Shown here: positions 15,183-28,491 of the stretch, one piece after another | How the letters are laid out: each line of letters starts with the position of its first letter | How positions within the stretch are numbered: the first letter of the stretch is position 1 | Source: Octopus vulgaris | Lineage: Eukaryota | Assembly: GCA_951406725.2 (NCBI GenBank) | Contig: OX597839.1 | Coordinates: forward strand, 40,858,001-40,922,000 | DNA: 64,000 nucleotides | Direction: 5' to 3' | Made by a program: the position numbers and the translations under genes | The notes under the pieces: model-generated | Databases searched by the model: none | Told to the model about the DNA's origin: nothing | The model's input: the letters and a program-made list of their open reading frames with translations, nothing else

Positions 15183-15497
15183 TGCCCCGTTGAATATGCG
15201 CAGTTAACTTTTGTAAAGAATTTTCGTCGCCATTATTTATTTTGTTTTATTAACTTTTTGATGGGGTGTTTTCGTTGTTATTGTTGTTGTTGTTGTTGTT
15301 GTTGTTGTTATCGTCTTTGCCGTTTTTGTAGTCACTTTGTTCCTCGTAATTTCTTTACTAATTACAATCCCTCCTCTTCGTGATCACCACTGTCGCCGTG
15401 GTGGACTTCGTCATCATCATCATCATCATCACCATCATCATTATCATAACTATGACAACCACCAGCATCATCACTATCATTATCATCATCATTATCA

Positions 15498-15528
<31 letters not shown>

Positions 15529-15770
15529 CTTCTTCTTCTTCTTCTTCTTCTTCTTCTTCTTCTTTCTTTCTTTCTTTCTTTTTCATCATCATCATCGTCA
15601 GCATCATCCTTATCATTATCATCATCGTATTCGCCACCACCATCACCACCACCATCACTATCCTCATGACCATCGTCGTCGTCATTAGCAGCAGCAGCTG
15701 CAACATCATCATCATCATCATCATCATCATCTTCTTCCTCCTCCTCCTCCTCCTCCTCCTCTCTTGTTCT
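12860..15770. repeat. Mosaic of trinucleotide microsatellites (GGT, AAT, ATT, GAT, AAC, CAT, CTT)
   Basis: Direct reading, with short unique islands between tracts. Confidence 0.9.
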
Positions 15771-15777
15771 CCTTCTT

Positions 15778-16113
15778 CAAGTGTCTTCTGCTATAGCCCC
15801 GGGCCGATCAATGCCTTGTGAGTGGATTTGGTAGACGGAAACTGAAAGAAGCCTGTCGTATATATGTATATATATATATATGTATATGTGTGTGTTTGTG
15901 TGTCTGTGTTTGTCCCCCAAGCATTGCTTGACAACCGATGCTGGTGTGTTTACATCCCCCGTCACTTAGCGGTTCGGCAAAAAGAGACCGATAGAATAAG
16001 TACTGGGCTTACAAAGAATAAGTCCCGGGGTCGATTTGCTCGACTAAAGGTGGTGCTTCAGCATGGCCGCAGTCAAATGACTGAAACAAGTAAAAGAATA
16101 AAAGAATAAAAGA
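15778..16113 (+). mobile_element. SINE family A, 5'-truncated
   Basis: Near-identical to 26060-26375; tail gactgaaacaagtaaaagaataaaagaataaaagaat. Confidence 0.9.
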
Positions 16114-16515
16114 ATTTAGTATTAGATAAAATTGTTCAAAAAACGATGTTTGGTAATAAATGAAATTTTAAAAAATGGGGCACTAATGGGTTAATTACAT
16201 TGTTGAATGAATCCGTCACGCGGTTTTGACACCAATACGAGACAGTGTGGGTACTTTTAGCGGATCTCACTCTCTTCTAACCATTCAAGACGGGTTTCCG
16301 ATTTCAGGACCTCTACTCTTTACCCACCTCAATGGATAAAACCTCAAACAAAGCTGCATAGAAATGTCTACCCTGGATGAATAATGTACTGCAACGGCAA
16401 CAAAAACACGTACTTAAATGTTATATCAACGGACATTAGGATACTTATCCGGCAGAAACACGTGTCGGATTGGAATTTAATGAAATTAATACTGTAATAA
16501 ACGAATTTTGAAGAT

Positions 16516-16641
16516 ATAGGCGTAGGAGTGGCTATGTGGTAGGTAGCTTGGGCAATTGTCTTATACTATAGCCTCGGGCCGACCAAAGCCTTGTGAGTGA
16601 CTTTGGTAGACGGAAACTGAAAGAAGCCCATCGTATATATG

Positions 16642-16701
<60 letters not shown>

Positions 16702-16930
16702 GGATTAAACACATAAATGTGAAACAAGGTGGAAAAAAGAGTACTCAAATACCAGTGGTAGAGTAATATGCTTTATTTAAAGCAGCAGAAAATTCTACAA
16801 AACCTCTTACTCTGAGTTTCGCGTTGCCGTTCAAACTCAGAGTAACAGGTTTTGTAGACTTTTCTGCTGCTTTAAATAAAGTATATATATAGTCAAGATA
16901 AAACTCTGAGTTTCAGATGCCGTGTGTGTG

Positions 16931-16973
<43 letters not shown>

Positions 16974-17222
16974 ATGCGTGTGTGTGTGTGTGTATGTATA
17001 TCTTTGTGTGTCTGTGTTTGTCCACGCAACATCGCTTGACAACCGATGCTGGTGTGTTTACGTCCTCGTAACTTGGAGGTTCGACAAAAGAGACCGATAG
17101 AATAAGTACTAATCTTACAAAGAATAAGTCCTAGGGTCGATTTGCTCGACTGAAGGCGGTGCTCCCGCATGGCCGGAGTCAAATGTCTGAAACAAGTAAA
17201 AAGTGTGTAAAAGTGTAAAGTG
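16516..17222 (+). mobile_element. SINE family A interrupted in its internal (TA)n by a fold-back HHR element
   Basis: Head and body at 16516-16640, 3' half at ~17000-17220. Confidence 0.85.
16700..16890 (-). mobile_element. Fold-back pLTR-like element (family H2) with partial HHR
   Basis: Inverted arms 16771-16819 and 16833-16881; minus strand gaacggcaacgc-GAA-ACUC-A-GAGU-A; homologous to 26777-26920. Confidence 0.75.
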
Positions 17223-17279
17223 TGTTATTATTATTATTAATATCATGCCGAGGGCGAGGACGACTACGAAGAGGACGAA

Positions 17280-17885
17280 CGATGACGATGAGGATGATGG
17301 TGATGATAAGGAGGAGGGGTAGGAGGAGGAGAAGGAGGATAACGACGACGATGATGATTACGATGGCGACGATGACGATGATGATGATAAGGAGGAGAAG
17401 AAGGAGGAGAGGAGGAGGGAAGGAAGAGGAGGAGGGGTAGGAGGAGGAGGGGTAGGAGGAGGAGGGCAAGAAGACGAGAAGGAGTAGGAGGATACAGGCG
17501 ATGGTGAGGATTATGATGATGACAACGACGATGACGATGATGATGATAAGGAGGAGAAGAAGGAGGAGAGGAAGATCGAAGGAGGAGGAGGTGGAGGAGG
17601 GCAAGAAGACGAGGAGGAGGAGGAGGATACAGGCGATGATGATGATTATGATGATGACGATGACGATGATGATGATAAGGAGGAGAAGACGGAGGAGAAG
17701 ACGGAGGAGAGGAGGAGGGAAGGAGGAGGAGGAGGAGGAGGAGGAGGAGGAGGAGGAGGAGGAGGAGGAGGAGGAGGAGGAGGAGGAGGGCAACAAGACG
17801 AGAAGGAGTAGGAGGATACAGGCGATGATGGTGATGATTATGATGATGACGACGACGACGATGACGATGATGATGATGATGATGA
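17280..17885. repeat. Higher-order triplication of a GAG/GAT mosaic
   Basis: gggcaagaagacgag..aggaggatacaggcgatg recurs at ~17464, ~17598 and ~17787. Confidence 0.8.
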
Positions 17886-18367
17886 TTTCTGAAGTCGGTA
17901 GAGTTGCCGTTGCCGATAATTTTGTTGTTATTTTTGTTGTTGTTTTGGTTGTTATTGCAGTTGTTATTAACGCTGTTGCATTTTTTAATGCTCCTTGCTA
18001 TTGATATTGTTGTTTTATTATTATTATTTTTTTTCCTTATCACTGCTCTTTTTATTGCTGTCTTTCTTAATGTTTGTTGCTCATAATGTTGTAATGTTGT
18101 TGCTGTTGTTGTTCTTCATATTTTTTTTCTCTACTTCTTCTTCTTCTTCTTCATATCCTTCTTCTTTTTCGTCTTCTTTTCTTCGTGAAGTCATTAACTA
18201 GAAGCTAAAACTGAAAATGGCGTCTGGCGCCAGCTCATGGAGGTGGGAGAAGGCAGACGTTGAATATGATGGAGCTAATGAGCTTCAAATGAAGAGAGAG
18301 AGCATCATAGTATGGACAGGCCATATAACTACGTGTGTGTGTGTATGTTTGTGTGTGTGCGTGCGTG

Positions 18368-18431
<64 letters not shown>

Positions 18432-18725
18432 TGTATGTATGTATATTCGTATGCGTGTGAAGGAGCATGGCTTAGTGGTTAGGGTGTTCGACTTACAATC
18501 GTTATGTCGTGTGTTCTATTCTCGATGGCGCGTTGTGTTCCTGAGCGAGAAGGAACTAAATTCGCGGATACAAGACGAAGCCTACGACTATATGTGCTTA
18601 TGTATGTATGTATGTATGTATGTATGTATGTATGTATGTATGTATGTATGTATGTATGTATGTACGTATGCATGTATGTATGTATATATGTATGTGTATA
18701 TATATATATATATTTATATATATAC

Positions 18726-18789
<64 letters not shown>

Positions 18790-18801
18790 GAGAGAGAGAG
18801 A

Positions 18802-19815
18802 GCCACGATCACAAGTTATGCAGATGATACAAAAGTTTCACAGGCAATACAGAACCCTGAAGACACTAAACGCCTGCAATGTGAGCTGGACAAAATATAC
18901 AAGTGGGCTGAAAAGAATAGCATGCAGTTCAATGCTGAAAAGTTTCAAGCTTTATGCTATCAGCATGCAAAACTAAATGCAATACCCAATGAATACACTG
19001 GACCCGGAGGGATTGCAATCCCAGAGGCACAATCAGTGCGTGACCTGGGTATTTACATGAGTGATGACGCAACCTTTCATGTACATGTTGCTAAATTGGC
19101 AATGACATGTAGACGGCTGGCCGGATGGATTCTTAGAACCTTTAGAACAAGAGAATAAGAAACCATGATGGTCCTCTGGAGCACACTTGTCCTAAGCCAC
19201 TTTGACTATTGCTGTCAGCTATGGTCACCATCCAGTGTCAAGTTGATCACAGAACTTGAGGCGATCCAACGAAGCTACACGAAGAAGATAGCCTCTGTGC
19301 AGCATATAAGGTACTGAGAAAGACTCAAGCGATTAAGACTCTATTCCCTGGAGCGTAGGCGACAAAGATATGCCATAATATTCATCTGGAAGATCCTGGA
19401 AGGACTTGTCCCAAACTTTGGCATCGAGAGTTACACAAATGCCAGAACTGGGCGCCACTGCGTGGTACCAAGGACTCCAAATTTGCCATAAAGATGTAGG
19501 ACAAGATACTGTGATAGCCTGGGCTTCAGAGGCCCACAGCTCTTCAATGTCCTCCCGAAGAACCTGAGGGACCTGTATGGGGCGGATGCGGATGTCTTTA
19601 AAGTAGGACTGGATCTCTTCCTTTCAGGTGTCCCGGATGAACCAACTTCACGGTAGGAGGTGCAGATGAGGGCAGCTGCATCGAACTCTCTCAGGCACCA
19701 AATGGCAGTTGCTAAAAAGCATTCGTGAAGTAAAATCATGTAGCAACACCAAATGGCGGTGCCCCAGCATGGCCACAGCTTGTGAGCTGAAACTAGATAA
19801 AATAAAATAAAAAAA

Positions 19816-19820
<5 letters not shown>
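18802..19820 (+). mobile_element. 5'-truncated CR1-group LINE (RT C-terminus plus 3' UTR), pseudogenised
   Basis: [58 protein letters not shown]; in-frame stops; (TAAAA)n tail. Confidence 0.92.
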
Positions 19821-19877
<57 letters not shown>

Positions 19878-19941
19878 ATAAAATTAACAGCATGAGACAA
19901 AAATCCAAGGCTGTGAAAGATTTCAGAACATTTATAAAGGG

Positions 19942-19989
19942 GTCTTACAGGTGTTTCTGAGATATTTTATTTAACCATTCCTCGGAGAC
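19942..19989 (-). ncRNA. Decayed type I hammerhead motif in a short element between (TA)n tracts
   Basis: Minus strand: GUCU-CCGAGGA-A-UGG...UCA-GAA-ACA(CC)UGU-A-AGAC; stem I and stem III intact, stem II weak. Confidence 0.5.
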
Positions 19990-20034
19990 AGTGCGAGAAG
20001 AGAGTTAAGCAATAGTTATTCTAGAGATGATACG

Positions 20035-20108
<74 letters not shown>

Positions 20109-20249
20109 GTATATATATAAATGTAAATATATATGTTTGTGTGTGTGCATGTATATATATATATGTGTGTGTATATGTATATATATATCATACATGTAAA
20201 TATATTCCATATATATAGATATGTATATATATATGTATACATGTGTATG

Positions 20250-20315
<66 letters not shown>

Positions 20316-20906
20316 TATATCAACGCTACATATTTTATATGTCAAAGCTAAAAGCAATTATTTCACCTCTCTTCAACCCAAAACCCCACCAATATAAAAA
20401 CCCTGCAGCATTTGCAGAGGGGAAAATTCAAAGGTTATGACCTATAATTTTTTCTACTTTCTTATTCAGTTCTCATTCCTGAGGCCCATAGAAAACTTTC
20501 GTTCCCCCTCAGAAATGCATAACGAAATAAACGAAACGTCAGTTATCAATATTAGGTCAGCTGCTTTCCACAATCCATCAACCAACCAGTATGCGAGAGT
20601 TTGTATTTAGCGTGGCAGAATAATATTCCCTTGAGGCGTTTTAACGCAGCCATGTTGTACCGTTTGAATATGTGTGTGTAGGTGTAAGCGTTACACACAC
20701 ACACACACACTCACTCACACACATATGTATATATACACATATACATATATATTTATAAATGCATATACACACATTTATATAAATGTATTTATGAATATAT
20801 ATGCACATATATACGTGTACATGTGTGTATATATATAAATGTATGTATGCATGTGTATGAATGCTTATATATACATATATGTATGTGTATATACATGTGT
20901 GTATGT

Positions 20907-21890
20907 ATACTAAATAATTAGGGTTCAGCAAAGATTTGCTTTACCACATACCGAAGTTTAGAAATAGCAGCCAAAAAACGTTAGCTATTTCTTCTACTTT
21001 AAAAAGGGACCAGATATTGATTGATTTTCCTTACTTTTTCCTCTCTGCCTGTGTGGATTGTCTTCAGGTATTTTGGTTTTTCTGAGAGTCCCTTTTTAAA
21101 GTAGAAGAAATAGCTAACGTTTTTTGGCTGCTATTTCTAAACTTCGGTATGTGGTGAAGCAAATCTTTGCTGAACCCTAATTATTTAGTATTACTTAAGT
21201 TTACCATGAAATGGTCCTTTTTTCATGCCGAATTCTACTTGGTGAAATTATTGATTACTTCTTAATTAATTAATTTTACCCTTTGTTATTATTGATAATA
21301 GAATTTTCTCCCAGATAAAAACTACAGATTTTTTTCTGTAGTAGCTTACTAGTAGATACACGAGGACGGGCAGGGGAGGGTAATTGAACCTCATTCATGT
21401 TTTGAATTCGGCGGTACTAACACTGAATATTATCTGTCTGATACCGTTAGGTGGAGAGATATGTTCAATTATTCCAGTACCTTCGAATTTAATATTTCAA
21501 TATTTAATTATTGATGGGGTCCTATGCTGAAGAGGAAAGCGGTTGGTAAAGTATAATTCTATATTCTTCATTCCAACCTAATTCCGAAACGTGCGTCCAT
21601 AGGTGACCAGATATTGATTGATTTTCGTTACTTCTTCCTCTCTGCCTGTGTGGATTGTTTTCCAAGTATTTTGGTTTTTCTGGGAGTCCCTTTTTAAAGT
21701 AGAAGAAATAGCTAACATTCTTTGGTTGCTATTTCTAAACTTCGGTATGTGGTAAAGCAAATCTTTGCTGAACCCTAATTATTTAGTATCACTTAAGTTT
21801 ACCATGAATTGGTCCTTTTTTCATGCCGAATTCTACTTGGTGAAATTATTGATTGCTTCTTAATTAATTAATTTTACCTTTTGTTATTAT

Positions 21891-21892
<2 letters not shown>
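20907..21892 (+). mobile_element. Non-coding HHR retroelement (family H3): ~597-bp unit as a 1.5-mer with a 5' inverted segment, ending in (TA)n
   Basis: Direct repeats 21008-21294 and 21605-21892; 20907-21010 is the inverse of 21088-21191; HHR lies just before the second repeat. Confidence 0.88.
21521..21603 (+). ncRNA. Type I hammerhead ribozyme with canonical core
   Basis: CCUAUG-CUGAAGA-GGAA..GGUUGG...CCAACC..UUCC-GAA-ACG(UG)CGU-C-CAUAGG; GUC site, predicted cleavage after 21597. Confidence 0.9.
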
Positions 21893-21955
<63 letters not shown>

Positions 21956-21986
21956 CATATCTATATATATTTATATATACATATGA

Positions 21987-22017
<31 letters not shown>

Positions 22018-22560
22018 TTGGATCATTCCATAAATAATGCGGTTTTTTCAACTGCATGAACTCAAAGTCGGACGGAGACGGGATAAACTACCTGCATCAG
22101 CTTGCTATAAAAGCAGGTAGTAATTTTACCTTATCCTTATTCTTGGTGTAAGTTTTGAAGAGTGCAGTTCGATTTTAACAGTTTTTTTTTCAAAACTATA
22201 ATAGAAGTGACAAAGGAGCATATTCGGCATAGTTCGCTTTTATAATTTCAATAAAGGCAACAACACAACGGAAAGTACGCGGAATATTAATGCTGTATAT
22301 GGGGATTGAACAGAAATTCGGAGCCGGAAACTACAGCCTAGAAGACGAGCCTCGCCCCGGAAGATCTATAGAGCTCGACGAGGACGTCCTTCAAACCGGG
22401 CTTGAAGAAAATCTCATTGTAACTGTTGAAGAACTAGTGGAGAAGTTTTTATTAGGTTATTCAACCAGTCATTCAAGTCAGCGATAGAAGAAAATCTTCG
22501 GTTTCAAGACGGAAGGTGTTCTTCCATCAGGATAATTGTCAGATATTTCTAAATGCTATT
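22018..22560 (+). mobile_element. Mariner relic (5' end plus N-terminal HTH)
   Basis: EVTKEHIRH..FNKGNNTTESTRNINAVYGD..GNYSLEDEPRPGR; frameshifted and deleted. Confidence 0.85.
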
Positions 22561-22629
22561 TACATATAAAGGTATATTCCCAAGGTACAAACTGAAGTAT
22601 ATTGTAATATATGTGTGTTCGTGTGTGTG

Positions 22630-22749
<120 letters not shown>

Positions 22750-22794
22750 CGTGTGTGTGTGTGTGTGTGTGCGTGTGTGTGTGTGTGTGTGTGT

Positions 22795-23034
22795 TCGCGT
22801 ATATTACGTTCCAACCCCGCCGCCGCGAAGTAGAAACATTATCGAACTGTATTTTTTTAATTATTTTTATAATTTGTATATATTTATTTATTATAAATGC
22901 AAAACACCACGGAGAAATCGACGTAAGCTTAAATAATAAACCGCGATAGGTGAACCGCGATAGGTGAACCGCGATAGGCGAACCGCGATAAGTGAACCGC
23001 GATTGGTGAACCGCGATATGGCAAGGGATTACTG
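22795..23034. mobile_element. Tigger/pogo-type MITE end with six 14-bp subterminal repeats
   Basis: (aaccgcgataggtg) x6 at 22939-23020, ending gggattactg|TA, the reverse of a CAGT-starting TIR. Confidence 0.7.
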
Positions 23035-23339
23035 TATAAGTTTATGTAACGGAGCGCACAACACTGAATATGGCGTTTTTACATTTGTAAAACATGCGAT
23101 ATATACGTGAAGAAAACAGAAAGTAAGGTAACAAGAAGCTAATTATAAGGTATATTCTGTGATAGACATTTGTATGGAGGCATAATGTATGTTTATATGT
23201 ATATATGTATGTGTGTGTGTATGTGTCTGTGTGTGTGTGTGTGTGTGTGTCTGTGTGTCTGAAATATTTACAGAGAGAGAGAGAGATAGTAAGAAGTGAA
23301 TGAAAAACATTGATAGGCGGATAGATAGATAGATAGATC

Positions 23340-23478
<139 letters not shown>

Positions 23479-23585
23479 GGATGGATCTACACCATATATA
23501 TATATACATTATGTATACATAATGGAACCATTTCTACATACTGTATTGACACATGTTTCAAACAGAGGTCCATAAATTATTGCAT

Positions 23586-23644
<59 letters not shown>

Positions 23645-23789
23645 TGTATGTATGTATTTATGTGTATACATATATACAGATTACATATATATATATATAT
23701 ATATGCATACATACATCTATATATACATGCATGTATGTATATATATATATATATATGCATATATGTCCCTATATACCTATATGTGTATA

Positions 23790-23829
<40 letters not shown>

Positions 23830-24322
23830 GCATAGATGCTCCATACACTTCCGCGCTAACACGTGATATTGCGTGCCAGGAACGAAAAACATATCACTGC
23901 TTTCTGATGTTTTTCACTCTCTTCCATACGGAGAGTTATATATGCGTACATGTGTATGTATATGCAGGCGTGTATTCGAGGGTGTGTAATAAACGTGTTT
24001 CTCATCGTGTAAGCTCCTCGCTATTCTAATAGTGTAGGTGTATATTTGCGTGTACTTGTGTTGGTTTATGTTTTCTGTATATGTAAATATGTATGTGAGC
24101 CTGTGTGTGTGTGTATGTATGTGTGAATGTCAGCTCGTGTATATGTATGTATACATGTGTGTATGTATGTATGTATGTATGTAGTAGGTAGGTAGGTATC
24201 TATATGTGTGCGTGCGTACGTGTGTATGCATGTGTCTTTTGCTTGTGCAAATATATATATGTATCTGTGTATTAGTGTGTGTATGTGTGGATGTGAACTC
24301 TTCAGTATTCGTATGTGTGTTT

Positions 24323-24377
<55 letters not shown>

Positions 24378-25502
24378 CGTGTGCTTGTTTGTGTCCTCTG
24401 GTTGTGTAAATGTGTTTGTGTGTGTGAGTTAGAGATGTAGAGTGTGTGTCTGTGTGTCTGTGTGGTGGGGGCCTGCGTGCGTGCGTGCGAGAGAGAAGCT
24501 GGAGATAGTGTGTATATGTGTGTGAGGAAGAGAGTGATAGAGCCAGAAAGAACCTGTGTGTGTGTGTATATGTGTGTGTGCACGCATTGCGTGCATGTGT
24601 TTGTGAGAGACAGAGAGAGATAGAGCGTAAGTGTATGTGTATGTGTGTGTGTGAGTGCGCTCGCGCATGTGTGTGTGTGAGAGAGAGAGATTGTGTGTGT
24701 GTGTGTATGTATGTGTACGAATCTGTATGAGTACCTGTTTGTTAATGCTAATATTTCTCTGCGCTGCGTTAATGTGTGTGCATTTGTGCAAATGCTTGCC
24801 TGTTCAGAAATATACGTTTGTGTGTAAACATTAGAAGATGTATGCTTACGATTACATGTCTAAGTGTACCTTCGTTTATGCGGCCACAAATGTTGCTGGA
24901 GTCCATATATCTTTTATATGCGTTTGTTTGCTGTTGTTTATGATATAAGGGACGTGTCAGCGGAGGCGGCGGCGGCGGAGGCTTGGTGGTAGTGTTAGTA
25001 GTGGTGGTGGTGGTGGTGGTCGTCGTCGTCGTCGCCGCCGTCGTCGTCAGCATGGCGTTAGTGTTAAAAGCTTTTTGCTTGTTAAGTTTCTGTTTATTTG
25101 AACAATATGAAGTTTGAATTTTGTTTGTTTGTCTTTCTCTCTCTCTTTCTTTTTCTCTCTCACTCTCCCCTCATAAATATATATATATATATATATGTGT
25201 GTGTGTATGTATATATATACAGAGAGAGAAAGTGAGGGAGAGATCCTCATAAATATATATATATATATGTATGTATGTATATATATATACAGAGAGAGAA
25301 AATGAGAGAGAGATACCTATACATATTTACGTATATATATATATATATATATATACACGAATACATTATATATTATATAAATATATATTTATGCATGTGT
25401 AATTTATGTGTGTGTGTTGTACATATGATGTATGTGTGTGTGTATGTGCGTGTGTGTGCGCGTGTGTGGCTGTGTGTGCGTGTGTGTGTATATGTGTTTA
25501 TA

Positions 25503-25930
25503 TACTGAGCGTGAGAGGTATTCGAAGACATATTTGGTCATTTAATAAAACAACTCGAATCAAGCAAAAACCAAAATATATTTCAATAAAACTTTGTGCA
25601 AATATTCTCAATAAACTTTCTTATACAATTCTTACAAATAATCTGGCTTCGGCTGCTGTGACTGGCTTCGAATGCTGAGCTGAAATCGTTGACAAACCCG
25701 CGCCAAATGGTCCTTATTCATTTTGGACATCAGCAGAGCAATGGTAGCCCTCAGGGAAACTATGGCATGGTGAAGATGTTGGTTAGTCTCCCCTTCAACA
25801 ATGCTACATACGTAATGGAACATGGGAATTCAATCTGGCGAGTTAGGACTCGAAATTGGTGTTACGTGATCGTAAAGACTGTGATAATAGCATTGGAGAT
25901 TTCTTTTGCTTGCGCTTAGGATCGTTTTGT
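25503..25930 (-). mobile_element. Tc1/mariner-superfamily transposase C-terminal relic
   Basis: Minus strand: SPNSPD*IP..HYVCSIVEGETNQH..SLRATI..MNKDHLARVCQRF (SPDLNP-type motif). Confidence 0.8.
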
Positions 25931-25975
25931 GAATATATATGTGCATACATATATGTATATATATATATATATATA

Positions 25976-26375
25976 TAGGCACAGGAGTGGCTTTGTGGTA
26001 AGTAGCTTGTTTACCAACTACATGGTTCCGGGTTCAGTCCCACTGCGTGGCATCTTGGGCAAGTGTCTTTTGCTATAGCCCCGGGCCGACCAATGCCTTG
26101 TGAGTGGATTTGGTAGACGGAAACTGAAAGAAGCCTGTCGTATATATGTATATATATATATATGTGTGTGTTTGTGTGTCTGTGTTTGTCCCCCTAGCAT
26201 CGCTTGACAACCGATGCTGGTGTGTTTTCGTCCCCGTCACTTAGCGGTTCGGCAAAAAAGAGACCGATAGAATAAGTACTGGGCTTACAAAGAATAAGTC
26301 CCGGGGTCGAGTTGCTCGATTAAAGGCGGTGCTCCAGCATGGCCGCAGTCAAATGACTGAAACAAGTAAAAGAGA
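25976..26375 (+). mobile_element. Full-length tRNA-derived SINE family A
   Basis: A box tggctttgtgg, B box ggttcagtccc, CORE-like cttgggcaagtg, internal TA/TG tract, LINE-like tail. Confidence 0.92.
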
Positions 26376-26438
26376 AAGAGAGAAAATAGATATGTATATG
26401 TATATCCAGCTATCTAACTATTTATCTATTTAGCTATT

Positions 26439-26521
<83 letters not shown>

Positions 26522-26539
26522 CTATCATTTTTTCTCCCC

Positions 26540-26608
26540 AAAAAGAAAAGCTCTACTTTGTAATTTGTCCCCTCTGTATTCAGCCCTGTGTGGCTAATAA
26601 AGAAATCT
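26540..26608 (+). mobile_element. Extreme 3' end of a Tx1-like LINE
   Basis: gaaaagctctac..tttgtcccctctgtattcagccctgtgtggctaataaagaaa matches 36448-36511. Confidence 0.75.
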
Positions 26609-26776
26609 ATTTGTCTGTCTATCTATCTATCTATGTATCTATCTATCTATCTGACTATCTGTTAATCAACCTATCAATCTATCAGTTTGACTATCTCACA
26701 ATTTATCTATCACTCTATCTATCTATCACTCAATCTATCTACCTATCTATCTATCTATCATATATATATATATATA

Positions 26777-26920
26777 CTTTATTTAAAGCACCAGAAAATT
26801 CAACCTGTTACACGTTGCCGTTCGTCGGACAGTTTTTGCTAGAAAAGCATATTACTCTACCACTGGTATTTGAGAACTCTTTTTTCCACTTTGTTTCACA
26901 TTTATGTGTTTACTCCGGTA
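26777..26920. mobile_element. Family H2 pLTR-like element with an internally deleted HHR (26805-26832, minus strand)
   Basis: Minus strand CUGU-CCGACGA-ACG(GCAA)CGU-G[deletion]UA-ACAG; the 3' end actccgg(TA)n is shared with 16700. Confidence 0.75.
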
Positions 26921-26947
26921 TATATATTATATATATATATATATGCT

Positions 26948-27222
26948 GAGACCCCCTTCGGTCATGACTGACCATGGGATTGCACCTAGAAATTTACCCT
27001 CCAAAGCACAAGTCCGGGCAAGGTTGTTTATGGGAGGCTAGCGGTCGCCCATGAATACCAGTGTCATCCAAGTGAAAGGCAAAGGCCGACACAGCTTGGC
27101 ACCTGTGATGTCGCTACGTGAAATAAAGTATCTTGCTCAAGAGCACGACACGCAGATCGGTACGGGATTCGAACTCACAACCTCGCGACCGTAAGCTCGA
27201 CGCTCTAACCACTGAGCCATGC
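26948..27222 (-). mobile_element. tRNA-derived SINE family D
   Basis: Minus strand: tggctcagtggttagagcg..gagttcgaatccc..gtgctcttgagcaagatactttatttcacg. Confidence 0.8.
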
Positions 27223-27261
27223 ATATATACCAATTCATTTATCTACCTATAACTCTATCCG

Positions 27262-27460
27262 TCCATTTCCCAAAGTTTTTTGCAGAACAGAAGAATATAG
27301 AAACGAATATGATGTCCATTCGTCGTCTTTTGTTTCGCCTCAAGAAACGGCAGACCGGAAGGTAAGCTTTACAAAAGTACATATTTTATTCAACATTATC
27401 TGTCTGTGGTGGACATATTGAAGGAGTTGTATAAATCTTTCTGACGTCGATGTCGTGCAT
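27262..27460 (+). repeat. Unclassified ~200-bp repeat, copy 1 (copy 2 at 29817-30035)
   Basis: Shared gtcttttgtttcgc..aagaaacggcagaccggaaggtaagctttacaaaa..tatctgtctgtggtggacatattgaaggag. Confidence 0.8.
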
Positions 27461-27622
27461 TCAATTATCCAACAGGCGACAGCATATGTATGAGTGTGTC
27501 TGCACTTCCGTATATATGTATATGCGCTTATGTATTCGTATGTCTGTGTATGTATGTAAATCCATAATTTTAGGGGTTTGTGTACATTTTTACAGCTTTT
27601 ATTTCTTATGATTATTTTGCAT

Positions 27623-27681
<59 letters not shown>

Positions 27682-27851
27682 CACATCTATACACATACAC
27701 ACTTATACATACACGAACACAAACACACATATATATGTATGTATATATGTATATGTGTGTGTATAGCATATGCATGCAGATACGTTTGTGTGCATGTGAA
27801 TATATATATTCATATATATATTTATGTATTCATATATATTTATTCACATAC

Positions 27852-28078
27852 TCTCTCTTTTACTCTTTTACTTGTTTCAGTCATTTGACTGCGCCCATGC
27901 TGGAGCACCGCCTTTAATCGAGCAACTCGACCCCGGGACTTATTCTTTTGTAAGCCCAGTACTTATTCTATCGGTCTCTTTTGCCGAACCGCTAAGTAAC
28001 GGAGGACATAAACACACCAGCATCGGTTGTCAAGCAATGCTAGGGGGACAAACACAGACACACAAACACACACACGCA
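27852..28078 (-). mobile_element. SINE family A 3' half
   Basis: Near-identical to 61940-62170. Confidence 0.9.
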
Positions 28079-28141
28079 TATATATATATATATATACATA
28101 CATATATTCATATATACATATATATGCATATATATTTATCT

Positions 28142-28264
<123 letters not shown>

Positions 28265-28423
28265 CAAATATATTCGTATCTATGCATATATACATATATG
28301 TATTCAATCATACCCTAAACGTTCCTCTTTCTCTCTTTTACATCACGTTCCTGCCTGCTCCCACCTGACTCCCCTTCTCGTTACTTCTAAGCTTTCCTTA
28401 TATGCGAGGGCATTATAACTGCT

Positions 28424-28491
<68 letters not shown>

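Noticed and set aside
18217-19158. 313-aa ORF as a gene
   Set aside because: Chance read-through of microsatellite and a SINE head into a truncated LINE RT
20465-20530. tgagg/cctca stem followed by GAA-AUGCAU-A as an HHR
   Set aside because: No CUGANGA core and no convincing stem I
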